Source: Clostridia bacterium | Lineage (GTDB): Bacteria > Bacillota > Clostridia > Oscillospirales > CAG-272 | NCBI GenBank assembly: GCA_017481225.1 | Contig: JAFUPM010000058.1 | Coordinates: 1-62,180 of the forward strand | Length of the DNA stretch: 62,180 nt | Direction: 5' to 3' | Shown: positions 47,916-57,047 of the stretch, piece by piece | Position numbering within the stretch: position 1 is the first letter of the stretch | How the letters are laid out: each line of letters begins with the position of its first letter | Made by a program: the position numbers and the translations under genes | The notes under the pieces: generated by a model | Databases searched by the model: none | What the model saw: the letters and a program-made list of their open reading frames with translations, nothing else | What the model was told of the DNA's origin: nothing

Positions 47916-50900
47916 TTACAGCTTCACAGCTGACGACGAGAATATTTCGTCAATTTCCTTTTCCTTAAGATGGTTGCGCTCCATAAGCGCATCAACCATT
48001 TTATCTATAGCGCGCCTGTTTTTTTCAATAATCTCTACAGCCTTCCGTAGCTCCTCTGCGAGTATATTATTCACGCTATCGCGTACAGACTCGGGGGTCG
48101 TGCCGTTCAGCTGACGGGTGCTAAGTCCGATATCCTCGTACATTCCGTAGGAGCAAATCATATGCTCCGCTATACGCGTTGCCGATTGAAGGTCGCCCGA
48201 CGCCCCCGTGGAAATTCCGTCGGGATAGCCGTAATAAACAAGCTCCGCCGCCCTGCCGCCAAGGGAGGTGCGTATTCTGTCAAGAAGCTCCGGTCTTGTG
48301 TAGCTTCCCTTATCCTCGCTGTTTGCGTGCTGCATATATCCGCCGTGGTCGCCTCTGGCAACAACGGTAAGGTAGGTAGGCTTCTCTCCGCACAGCCAGC
48401 AAATCAGCGCGTGGCCCGCCTCGTGTCTTGCAGTACGGATAAGAGAGTCGGGGCTCCACTCCTTTTTCTCACCGCTGTTGAAGGTCTCGAACGCCTCCTC
48501 GAACTCCGCGTCACCAACAGTACCGCTATCCGAACGTATAGCGCTTCGCAAAGCCATCTCGAATACAGACTCTAACTCTGCAAGGCTCATTCCCGTGGAG
48601 CGCATAGCGATATTATCCACTTGCTCGGGGCTGAGCTTCACGGAGGAGTTCTTCGACAGCTTCATCTCGATATAACGTCTGCGCTCCTCCTTGTTCGGAA
48701 GGTCAACGTAAATTCTTCTGTCAAATCTGCGTAGCAATGCCCCGTCAAGACTCTTTCCGTTACCGGGCTCTACGCCGTAATTCGTAGCGGCAAGGACGAA
48801 CACGGGCTTCGTGGTATCTGTATTAAAGCCGTCCATTTCCGTAAGGAGCGCCGTAAGAATATCTCCCGTAGAGGAGGAGTCGGATATGCTGTCTCTGTTC
48901 TTGCCTACGGCGTCTATCTCGTCAATGAAAACTATCGTGGGCGCGTATTTTCTAGCCGTCTTGAACAGCGAGTGAACCGCCTCGGGTCCCTCTCCCACAA
49001 AGCGCTTTAGGAATTGGTTGCCCTCAGCGCGGATAAAGGTCACGCCCGACTCGCCCGCCATCGCCTTGGCAAGGAGTGTTTTGCCCGTACCGGGAGGTCC
49101 GTAAAGCAGGACGCCCTTAGGCGCTCTCACGCCGCGGCGCAGGTATTCTATGGGATTTTTCAGGTATTTAACAAAGTATTTTAGCTCGTCCTTTGCGCCC
49201 TCGGCTCCGATAACGTCGTCAAAGTGAACGTTTGGCCTCGTCACGTCGTCAAGAACTCCGCCCGAGTCCTCGGTATCGGTTATGAGGGAAAGCTTGAAGC
49301 CGAAAAGTCGGATTTCGGCAGACTTTCCGTCAGGAGAGATTATCTGAGCCGTCTTATAGGACATAGCGCGGCTCTCTCTTGCAAGCATATTCATCTTGCT
49401 CTGCTGATATGCAATCTTGCACCTTTCAAGCACAGCTTCGGCAAACTCACCCGTCTCCCCCTTCAGCGTAAGAACGTCTCTCACGCCGAGCCTTGCGAAG
49501 GACAGCAGCTCAGCCTTGGATATATCGCCCTTGTTTTGCTCAAGAACGTATACGGGCAGCGAGTATTTCTCCAGCACGTACAGCACAAAGTCTCTGCCCT
49601 CGGAGTCGATATCCTCGGCATTGAGAACCTTTATTTCGCTACGCCTCGGATTGAAGCTGATGTCGGAAATAATAAGGTCTATATCGTGATTAAAGAGAAT
49701 TTCCTTAGCTGTGGCAATGCTGTCAGCCGTGTGACATACGACCTTGTCACCAAGTCTTTTTTTACATTCCGCACAGACCCTCTTGCCCGAGAACACGAGG
49801 ACCTCGGATTTGCGCCCGGAGTCAAACAGCTCCTCGGCATCACCCATAAGCTCCTCCTTCGGAACGCTTACGTTAATCTCCGAGAGCCCTTCTATTACCG
49901 AATCGCCGTCGGGCAGGAGCCTGAACAGCTCGTAAAGCTCGTCGTAGAAGAAGGAATTTGCTCTGCCCTTGACGGTTCTGGCATCAGCCTTGCCGCCCTC
50001 GGCAAACATTATGGCACCGGCAACTCTGTCGTCAACGTTGATATTTATGCCCATCGCCCTCTCGAGACCCTCTACGTTTTTCGAAAGCTCGCGTTTAGCT
50101 ATATTGTAAAGGTTGCACGCCTCAAGGTGGTTGAACATAACCACGTTTCCCGAGGCAAAGCGCGAGCATATCGCCGCGGGGAAAAGAGGCTCCCCGATTG
50201 CAGGGTTGACGTCTTTTTCCAGAGCCTTAAGTATCTTTTTCCTCGGCAAAGAGGAAAGGTTTACCACACTCGGGTCGTTATAAAGATTTTTGCCTACGTT
50301 TGTTGTAAGTATTATGACCGCATTTGTAAAGCTTACGGTTCTTGTGGTGTTGTTATCTGTCAGATGACCCGCATCAAGCATCTGTAAAAACAGGTGAATT
50401 ACGTTAATATGCGCCTTCTCTATCTCGTCGAAAAGAAGCACGCAATGAGGGTTCTTCTCAACAAAGCCCGTAACCGCGCCCTCGCTTGCCGCTTGGTAGC
50501 TTGGAGGCGTACCGCAGAACTCGTGGTGGGAGGAGGGAGAGGCGTACTCGCTCATATCAAATCGCTTGAAGGGCTTACCGAGAGCCTCCGCCGCCTTCTC
50601 CGCAAGGAAGGTTTTTCCTACGCCGGGAGGGCCTGCGAAAAGAAAGGTCGCCTGGGGCTTGGTTGTATCTCCGCGGGAGCTTGCCATAAGCCTCGACTGG
50701 AAATATCCCGAAACGAATGCGCTTACCGCGCGGTCCTGACCGAACACCGAGTCAAGGAGGGTGGTCTGTATCTCTCTGGTTGTCTTGACAAGCTCGGAAA
50801 GAGACGGCACCTCCTCAGCCTTCGTGAGCTTTTCCTCGAGCTCACCCTCGGTGTGCCCCTCCTCTGCCTTCGGCAGGGATTTATCCTTATCACCTTCTGT

Positions 50901-51377
50901 GGAAGATGCCTTAGGGAACCACTTATCAAAGCTGAGGTCGCTTACGGGCTTTACCTCGGGGTCGCGTATAACGCACTCCTTAATGGCGGTGGTGGGCTTC
51001 GTAAGTATGGAATCAAGATACATCGCAGCGTCCACAAGCTCAAGATTGCCGTCCTTCGCCTTTTTCTCAGCGTCGGATACAACGATATTGAACATTATAT
51101 CGTCGCCAAGAGAGCCTTTTGCGGCATTCACCTTCAGATATGCTCGAATATCGCCGAGGGCTGCTTTTATATCAACGGAGTGTTTGTCAAGTGACTCGCG
51201 AATAGCCGCAAGCTCGCTTTTGGTTTGCTTGCATTTTACCTCCTCGGGAAGGCACTTTTCTCCCTCGAGCAGCACCTCGAGAACCGAAGCTACGAAGTGG
51301 TTGGCATTTGGAGACTTCAACGCAAGCTCTCTCGCGCGCCCAAGTATATATTCTAAAAACAGACTTTTCTTAATCAT
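47916..51377 (-). CDS. Soluble chimeric AAA+ protease: Clp_N-like + ClpA/B-D2-type AAA+ + REC-like module + FtsH-type AAA+ + M41 zinc peptidase
   Basis: The ORF is 1153 aa with no hydrophobic helix.
- aa 205-480 are ClpB-D2-like: VFGQDRAVSAF, FLFAGPPGVGKT, VLLFDEIEKAH, LDAGHLTDNNTTRTVSFTNAVIILTTNVG.
- aa ~524-645 are CheY-like: VLVFSG...DLIISDISF...PVYVLEQ...GVRDVLTLKG.
- aa 715-960 are FtsH-like: GVLLYGPPGTGKTLLAKA (nt 49100..49077), IVFIDEIDAVG, LLRRFDRRIYVDLP.
- The HEAGH motif lies at nt 48425..48411, followed by LGGRAAELVYYG. Confidence 0.8.
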   Translation of the reverse strand: MIKKSLFLEYILGRARELALKSPNANHFVASVLEVLLEGEKCLPEEVKCKQTKSELAAIRESLDKHSVDIKAALGDIRAYLKVNAAKGSLGDDIMFNIVVSDAEKKAKDGNLELVDAAMYLDSILTKPTTAIKECVIRDPEVKPVSDLSFDKWFPKASSTEGDKDKSLPKAEEGHTEGELEEKLTKAEEVPSLSELVKTTREIQTTLLDSVFGQDRAVSAFVSGYFQSRLMASSRGDTTKPQATFLFAGPPGVGKTFLAEKAAEALGKPFKRFDMSEYASPSSHHEFCGTPPSYQAASEGAVTGFVEKNPHCVLLFDEIEKAHINVIHLFLQMLDAGHLTDNNTTRTVSFTNAVIILTTNVGKNLYNDPSVVNLSSLPRKKILKALEKDVNPAIGEPLFPAAICSRFASGNVVMFNHLEACNLYNIAKRELSKNVEGLERAMGININVDDRVAGAIMFAEGGKADARTVKGRANSFFYDELYELFRLLPDGDSVIEGLSEINVSVPKEELMGDAEELFDSGRKSEVLVFSGKRVCAECKKRLGDKVVCHTADSIATAKEILFNHDIDLIISDISFNPRRSEIKVLNAEDIDSEGRDFVLYVLEKYSLPVYVLEQNKGDISKAELLSFARLGVRDVLTLKGETGEFAEAVLERCKIAYQQSKMNMLARESRAMSYKTAQIISPDGKSAEIRLFGFKLSLITDTEDSGGVLDDVTRPNVHFDDVIGAEGAKDELKYFVKYLKNPIEYLRRGVRAPKGVLLYGPPGTGKTLLAKAMAGESGVTFIRAEGNQFLKRFVGEGPEAVHSLFKTARKYAPTIVFIDEIDAVGKNRDSISDSSSTGDILTALLTEMDGFNTDTTKPVFVLAATNYGVEPGNGKSLDGALLRRFDRRIYVDLPNKEERRRYIEMKLSKNSSVKLSPEQVDNIAMRSTGMSLAELESVFEMALRSAIRSDSGTVGDAEFEEAFETFNSGEKKEWSPDSLIRTARHEAGHALICWLCGEKPTYLTVVARGDHGGYMQHANSEDKGSYTRPELLDRIRTSLGGRAAELVYYGYPDGISTGASGDLQSATRIAEHMICSYGMYEDIGLSTRQLNGTTPESVRDSVNNILAEELRKAVEIIEKNRRAIDKMVDALMERNHLKEKEIDEIFSSSAVKL

Positions 51378-51419
51378 ACCGAGAAATCCTTTTCACCTTC
51401 TGTTATGTTATAAAGCTTA

Positions 51420-53207
51420 TTACCTCGAGCCAACGCTTCCGTCCTTACGTTTTTCCTCCTCGTCGAGGCTGGAAAAGTCTACGAGGTCATTGTGCATTTT
51501 TCCAAGGTCGTTGCGGCTTGTGGGGTCGGGAGAACCGCTGTAAACGTAGCCCTCCGACCTCATATATGCATTCCAGCGGCGATGCTCCAGCACCTCAATT
51601 GCAGCTCGCTCCTGCTCGCTAAGCTCCGCCTCCGCCTTATCTGCACCGGGTATGCCGCAGACTATACGGGCTCTCATATGAATAGCCGAGGCAACGGAGG
51701 AACGGTAGTTATAGCCGTAGCTCCAGAACTCCTCCTCATCACCCCATTTCAGATGACGGGCAAGAGCCGCACCCTCAAGCTCGGAGTCGAGTATTACGTC
51801 GCAGGTAAAGGAGGACTCCGCATCGCCAAGGAACTCAATATCGTAGGGCTGACCCTTGTAGTTCTTTATACCATCAAGAGCGCGTTTTTGCTGCGATGAG
51901 TAAACTATTGTTTGTATTTTGGGGTGAATTCCCATTCTTTCGAAGTACATTCTGAGGTTCACCGCGGTGTTAATATTAAGTGTATCATTGCCGAGCGCAA
52001 TCATAACGTAGGTAGTGTCCTTGAGCTTGGAAATCTCTTCTGCAAAGCCCCAAGCTTCAACGTCAAAGCCAGGGTGCAACTCAATGGAATACTGCGCCTC
52101 GCCCTCCACGCAAACCCCGTTATACTTCGGGGACATAAGCTCGGGAGCTATAGCCGTAAAGCGTTCGCCTGCAAGGGGGTCCTTATCAAAGGCGTGTATC
52201 TTGAGGGTATATCCGTCCATCTGCCCGAACCAGGCGAGTGCCTTCACCATTTCGGTGCCGTGGTTACCCATACCTATTACAACCGCGGTAATCTTTTTCT
52301 CTCCGTCGGGCATCGGCTTTGCAGTATTGAAAATTACCTCGCCTCGCTCATAGAGAACGCGGTCTATAAGAGACTCAACCTCGTTAATCCTTCTGACCTT
52401 GATTTTACCCTTGCTCGACGAGTTGAGAAGCAGCTCGCACTCAATATGCGTGGAGAAAACGTACAGACGTGTCCCGACTCTCTCCTTGTATTTTTCAATA
52501 AGCTCAAGAGAGGCCTTCAGATTTTCCGTCTCGTCCTCGCTTATGGCGAAGAAGGACAAGGCAGCCTTCGCCGAATGTCTGTCAAAATCAAAGCTTTGAA
52601 CGTCCTGCCTCATACAGATAGCGCCAATCTCGGCAGCATCTCTTAAAAGCTCAAGCCCGCCGTCCTCTCCGTTGAATACGCTCGTAAATACGATAGCGGC
52701 TTTAGGGAAGCTTTTCTTAATATCGCGGGCGAGGACCAGCGACTTTTCGTTAAGTGCTGAAAGAACGTACACGTCCTTAAAATAAACGGCAAGATATTTG
52801 AGGTGCGCGCTAAGGTTTTTGAACAGCGACAGCACAAAGCCGAAGGTAAATACGGGAGCAACCACGAACAGAAGTGAAACCCACGCGTTATAGCCGGGCG
52901 CCAACCACTCGGGGCAAAGGGGCATAGATTCAGCAACAACGCCGAACTCACAGCCTATAGCAAAAATCTGCATTGAGTTAAAGACCGACAAAAACAGCGA
53001 CCTTACAACTCCGAAAAAGCTCGCCTCTGCCACTGCCTTATGTACGGGGAAGAACATAAACATCGCCGAAACGAACACCCCGCCGAAAAGGGAGTTAAAC
53101 AGATTAAATCTATGTTTTCTGCCGAACTCGCTGTTGCTTATTACAAGCGATACAAGCGGCACGAGCACCACGCAGGCTATCGACAGCGCAAAGCATACTG
53201 ACCACAT
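51420..53207 (-). CDS. Membrane protein: 4 TM helices + two Rossmann/KTN-like modules + C-terminal RyR-like domain
   Basis: The ORF is 595 aa with an AGAGG RBS. Hydrophobic helices lie within aa 1-130. A GxGxxG motif is present (VVIGMGNHGTEM, aa 309-320). The C-terminal EVLEHRRWNAYMRSEGYVYSG...LGKMHNDLVDFSSLDEEEKRKD fits the RyR-domain pattern as I recall it. Confidence 0.7.
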   Translation of the reverse strand: MWSVCFALSIACVVLVPLVSLVISNSEFGRKHRFNLFNSLFGGVFVSAMFMFFPVHKAVAEASFFGVVRSLFLSVFNSMQIFAIGCEFGVVAESMPLCPEWLAPGYNAWVSLLFVVAPVFTFGFVLSLFKNLSAHLKYLAVYFKDVYVLSALNEKSLVLARDIKKSFPKAAIVFTSVFNGEDGGLELLRDAAEIGAICMRQDVQSFDFDRHSAKAALSFFAISEDETENLKASLELIEKYKERVGTRLYVFSTHIECELLLNSSSKGKIKVRRINEVESLIDRVLYERGEVIFNTAKPMPDGEKKITAVVIGMGNHGTEMVKALAWFGQMDGYTLKIHAFDKDPLAGERFTAIAPELMSPKYNGVCVEGEAQYSIELHPGFDVEAWGFAEEISKLKDTTYVMIALGNDTLNINTAVNLRMYFERMGIHPKIQTIVYSSQQKRALDGIKNYKGQPYDIEFLGDAESSFTCDVILDSELEGAALARHLKWGDEEEFWSYGYNYRSSVASAIHMRARIVCGIPGADKAEAELSEQERAAIEVLEHRRWNAYMRSEGYVYSGSPDPTSRNDLGKMHNDLVDFSSLDEEEKRKDGSVGSR

Positions 53208-53240
53208 AAATATTACCTCTTAAAATATATTGTTTTTTTA

Positions 53241-53269
53241 ATTATAACACGGCTGTCGACCCTTGTCAA
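53241..53269 (-). promoter_or_regulatory. Consensus sigma-70 promoter of the RyR-protein/AAA+ protease operon
   Basis: On the minus strand, an exact TTGACA (53269..53264) is followed by 17 nt and an exact TATAAT (53246..53241). The site lies ~35 nt upstream of ATG 53207. Confidence 0.65.
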
Positions 53270-53623
53270 TATCGCGCACCAAGTTTTGAAGTGTACAAAA
53301 CGCCCTACCCTGCTAAGTCGGCGCACAAAGCTCTCTTAAATTTACAAAAGCCCAAATCCCAAAAGCTTGCCAACCAAGCCTCTAGGCTTTGACGTTTTCG
53401 TCAGGAAACCGGACCAAAAGAAGAAGTTGTTCTTCACCCAAACACATCGGTTCAATTCAAACAATATTCAACCTCAAAAGCAGAATAACCAAGGGTTTTG
53501 ACAACCATAGTTTATATTTTGCCGTTTTTTACTACGAAAAGAGATGCTCACTTTTAAGACATTAAGGGATTTTACTCCAATATAATTCAACGTCCGCCGT
53601 GTTTTTTAACACGTGATATTCCC

Positions 53624-53658
53624 AAAATATAAAAAGGCGAGGCAATATTTGCCTCGCC
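53624..53658 (-). terminator. Terminator of nagB
   Basis: The stem pairs GGCGAGGCA (53636..53644) with TGCCTCGCC (53650..53658). On the minus strand it is followed by UUUUUAUAUUUU. Confidence 0.7.
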
Positions 53659-53666
53659 GATAAAGC

Positions 53667-54452
53667 TTACTTTTCGTTTTTGTAGATTTCCTTGAAGTAT
53701 TTGTAGGTGTCAACCTTAAGCTCACCGCAGGCTGCCTCGTCGCAAGCGATAATTCCGTCCTTGTGGAGCTGGAGCGCGCTTATGGTCCAGGCGTGGTCAA
53801 CGCCGCCCTCGACACAGTGGCGAAGTGCGCGAGCCTTGTTGTGTCCGCTGATAAGGAGAAGCACCTGCTTGGAGTCGCAAACGGTACCTACGCCCACGGA
53901 AAGCGCGGTTTTCGGAACCTTGTCGGGGTCGTTGCCGAAGAAGCGGGAGTTTGCTATCAGCGTGTCGGCGGTCAATGCGCGAACGCCTGTTCTCGAGGTG
54001 AGGGAGGTGAAGGGCTCGTTGAAGGCAATGTGTCCGTCAACGCCGCTGCCGCCGAGGAACAAATCAATTCCGCCAAAGGACGCAATCTTATCCTCGTATC
54101 TCTGGCACTCGGCATCAAGGTCCTCGGCCATACCGTTCAGTATATTTACGTTCTCCGAAGGGATATCTATGTGATTGAAGAGATTATCGTGCATAAAGTA
54201 CCAATAGCTCTGGTCATGCTCTCTCGGAAGTCCTACGTATTCGTCCATATTGAAGGTTACGACGTTCTTGAAGCTCACCTTGCCTGCCTTATTCATAGCA
54301 ATAAGCCTTTTGTAAACGCCAAGGGGCGAGGAGCCCGTAGGCAAGCCAAGGACGAATGGACGGTTCTCCTTGTGATTGTTTATAGCGTCAGCAATATGCT
54401 GCGCCGCCCAATCGCTCATCGCGTCGTAGTTGTCCTTAATAATCAGTTTCAT
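53667..54452 (-). CDS. nagB: Glucosamine-6-phosphate deaminase
   Basis: The ORF is 261 aa. FVLGLPTGSSPLGVYKRLI, FNMDEYVGLP and GIGxDGHIAFNEP-type motifs (GGSGVDGHIAFNEP) are present. Confidence 0.9.
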   Translation of the reverse strand: MKLIIKDNYDAMSDWAAQHIADAINNHKENRPFVLGLPTGSSPLGVYKRLIAMNKAGKVSFKNVVTFNMDEYVGLPREHDQSYWYFMHDNLFNHIDIPSENVNILNGMAEDLDAECQRYEDKIASFGGIDLFLGGSGVDGHIAFNEPFTSLTSRTGVRALTADTLIANSRFFGNDPDKVPKTALSVGVGTVCDSKQVLLLISGHNKARALRHCVEGGVDHAWTISALQLHKDGIIACDEAACGELKVDTYKYFKEIYKNEK

Positions 54453-54559
54453 GCTGTTCTCCTTTACAAATCAATTATTCTGTGTCACTTAATTATATCA
54501 CTAATTTTTCTTTTTGTAAATAGGATAAACGCATTTTGGAGTGAAAAGACGTCGACAGC

Positions 54560-55900
54560 TTAACTCTTTTTTTGCAAGCGGTACCGCGAGAGCAGAACAA
54601 TCAGCAGCGTTACAGCCGATAATGTCCAGCCGATGGGCCACACCGCATAGAGAAACGTCATATTCTGCACGTAAGGGAACACGTAGTACACCCAAACTAT
54701 TCGCAATAGGCACAAAAATACAAGGCTGGTAAGCGCCGGTGCTATGGGGTTGCCCATTCCCTTTAAGGCGCCGCCAATCACCTCGTTGATTCCGCAGATA
54801 AAATATGTGCTTGACACAATCACCATTTTCTGCACAGAGTACTCTACCACCGCAGGAGACGATGACAGAAAACATGACAATTCCCTTGAAAAGACAGCCG
54901 AAAGAGCGCCGAGGCTCGCGCCGAAGCCAAGCGTTATCAGCACACCGTAAAGCAACGTTTTCTTAACTCGCTTATAATCGCCCGCGCCCATATTTTGCGC
55001 TACGTAAGGTATTACAGCAAGCGACGGAGCATAGGATATCTGGTACAGAATTCCGTCGTACTGGTTGGCGATAGCAATTCCTGCCGTCGCATCGGGTCCG
55101 AAGGCGTTTACGGCAGAGGTTATTACAACGTTGGCGAAGGCGTAAAGCGAGCTTTGAACACCTGCAGGAACACCGTTATAAAGCACCGCCCGAAGCTCTG
55201 CGGGGTCGAAGCGTACGTTTGAAAATCCTTCGTCAAAAATATCCTTGTTTCTTAAAAGCGTCACCACCGATAGCACGCAGGATACAAGATTCGCAGCCAC
55301 CGTAGCTAAACCAACGCTCTCCACTCCCCTGCCCGTCAGTTTTATGAAGGTAAAGGTCAGCACAAGCTTACATACGCAACATACGAAAAGATAGTACATT
55401 GGCCGCCTCGTATCTCCTGCGGCTCGCAGCATTGCGGCGGAGTAATTATACAGCATAAGCACCGGTATGCCGAAAAAGTATATCCTGAGATATTTGGTCG
55501 CATCGGGCAGTAGTGAGACGTGGCAGTTAGTCATTATGAGAAATTTTTCAGCGAAAATACCTCCCACCGTCAAAAGAACAAGTCCTGCCAAGACGGCGAA
55601 AATCAGAGAGGTCACTATTGCCGTCCTCGCTCTGTGCTTCATACCCGAGCCTATGTACCTTGCTACGACGACACCCGAGCCTGCAGATATGCCGATAAGC
55701 AGGCTGGTGCAAAGAACGTTCAACATTCCGCAAGCGCCCACCGCGCCCACCGTCGACTCAAATCCCGACGCTTTAAGGATAGCCATATCCATAATGCCGA
55801 ACAGCGACTGCGCAACGTTCATTATCATTATCGGCACCGTCAATGAAAGAAGGCCCCTCATTACCGACCCCGAGGTCATTTCAACGCTTTTGATTTTCAT
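54560..55900 (-). CDS. MATE-family efflux transporter
   Basis: The track ORF starts at GTG 55909. ATG 55900 (MKIKSVEM...) follows GGAGTGG. The protein has 12 hydrophobic helices and a MATE-like N-terminus, LLSLTVPIMIMNVAQSLFGIMDMAIL. Confidence 0.8.
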   Translation of the reverse strand: MKIKSVEMTSGSVMRGLLSLTVPIMIMNVAQSLFGIMDMAILKASGFESTVGAVGACGMLNVLCTSLLIGISAGSGVVVARYIGSGMKHRARTAIVTSLIFAVLAGLVLLTVGGIFAEKFLIMTNCHVSLLPDATKYLRIYFFGIPVLMLYNYSAAMLRAAGDTRRPMYYLFVCCVCKLVLTFTFIKLTGRGVESVGLATVAANLVSCVLSVVTLLRNKDIFDEGFSNVRFDPAELRAVLYNGVPAGVQSSLYAFANVVITSAVNAFGPDATAGIAIANQYDGILYQISYAPSLAVIPYVAQNMGAGDYKRVKKTLLYGVLITLGFGASLGALSAVFSRELSCFLSSSPAVVEYSVQKMVIVSSTYFICGINEVIGGALKGMGNPIAPALTSLVFLCLLRIVWVYYVFPYVQNMTFLYAVWPIGWTLSAVTLLIVLLSRYRLQKKS

Positions 55901-56026
55901 ATACACCACTCCGAAGGGATAGATTATCTCCTATTATACCACCAACAGAAATTTTCCGTTATAAGGATACATAATATAACTTGCACAAAAGCTAGATTTG
56001 TAGTATAATAGAAAGGGGGTGATTTT

Positions 56027-56743
56027 ATGAAGGTAAATATAGGTATTATACAGGGCTGCTGTCCCGAGCATAAGCACAAATGCTATGAATATTTAATATA
56101 CACGGAGGGTGTTGGTATTATTAAAACGGATACTGCTCAAATTCCGTTTTCTCCCGGAACTGTCATCGTAATTCCGCCCGACACTCTGCATTATTCTGTA
56201 TCCGACGGATACTATGAAAGGATTTTCATAACGGGAAATCTGGATTTGATATTCAATATCTCGGAGCCGACAGCTCTGTCTTGTGTCGAGGAGCGGGACG
56301 GATTGATTCTCGCAAAGCTGATATACGAAAACCGATATAAAAATTCGGATTATCTTGCGGCTCTCTTAAACGCTTTTTCAAATTATATTCTTCGAAGCAT
56401 AGAGCTGAACGACAAAATAGGAGAAGCGGTGAGTGCAATTATAAACGAGATAACCGAGAGCTTTTCCGACAGTAACATATCCCTCCCCGCAATCTTGAAA
56501 AAGAGTGGCTACGCCGAGGATTATATACGGGATAGGTTCAAAAAAGCAACGGGGAAAACGCCGGTCGGATTCTTAACCGAAATAAGAATTTCCCACTCCT
56601 GCCTTCTCATAGACTCGTATAGAAATTCTCTGTCACTTTCCGAGATTGCCGAAAGATGCGGCTTCACCGACTACGTATATTTTTCAAGGCGCTTTAAAGA
56701 GATAACGGGAGTCTCTCCCCGTGAGTATTCCCGCATAAGGTAA
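56027..56743 (+). CDS. AraC-family transcriptional regulator
   Basis: The ORF is 238 aa with a cupin-like N-terminus and an AraC HTH C-terminus (GYAEDYIRDRFKKATGKTPVGFL...CGFTDYVYFSRRFKEITGVSPREY). Confidence 0.8.
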   Translation: MKVNIGIIQGCCPEHKHKCYEYLIYTEGVGIIKTDTAQIPFSPGTVIVIPPDTLHYSVSDGYYERIFITGNLDLIFNISEPTALSCVEERDGLILAKLIYENRYKNSDYLAALLNAFSNYILRSIELNDKIGEAVSAIINEITESFSDSNISLPAILKKSGYAEDYIRDRFKKATGKTPVGFLTEIRISHSCLLIDSYRNSLSLSEIAERCGFTDYVYFSRRFKEITGVSPREYSRIR

Positions 56744-56811
56744 AACCACAAGCGTCGCCCAAGCTCCGTTTGCACGAAGCGCAACAGCACCGGTTCCCAG
56801 CATCACCGCAT

Positions 56812-57005
56812 TTGCGCCTTGCTCGAGCTTCATTTATTTGTGCCGTCGGCAATAATGTTGACCCGACGGTCAGACGGTATTGCATAAGGCGCGCGGGCGA
56901 GGTTGCGCCTTGCTCGAGCTTCGTTTATTTGTGCCGTCGGCAATAATGTTGACCCGACGGTCAGATGGTATGCATAAGGGGCGCGGGCGAGGTTGCACCT
57001 TTCGG
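56812..57005. repeat. Tandem ~91-bp repeat (~2.1 copies) downstream of the AraC gene
   Basis: TTGCGCCTTGCTCGAGCTTC.TTTATTTGTGCCGTCGGCAATAATGTTGACCCGACGG... starts at 56812 and 56903, with a partial unit at 56993. Each unit holds a CCGTCGG/CCGACGG hairpin and a GCATAAGG segment reminiscent of the gene end (CGCATAAGGTAA). Confidence 0.85.
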
Positions 57006-57047
57006 CATAAATGAAAAAGGAGCCGCCTCAATAAGCCCAAAAGAAAA

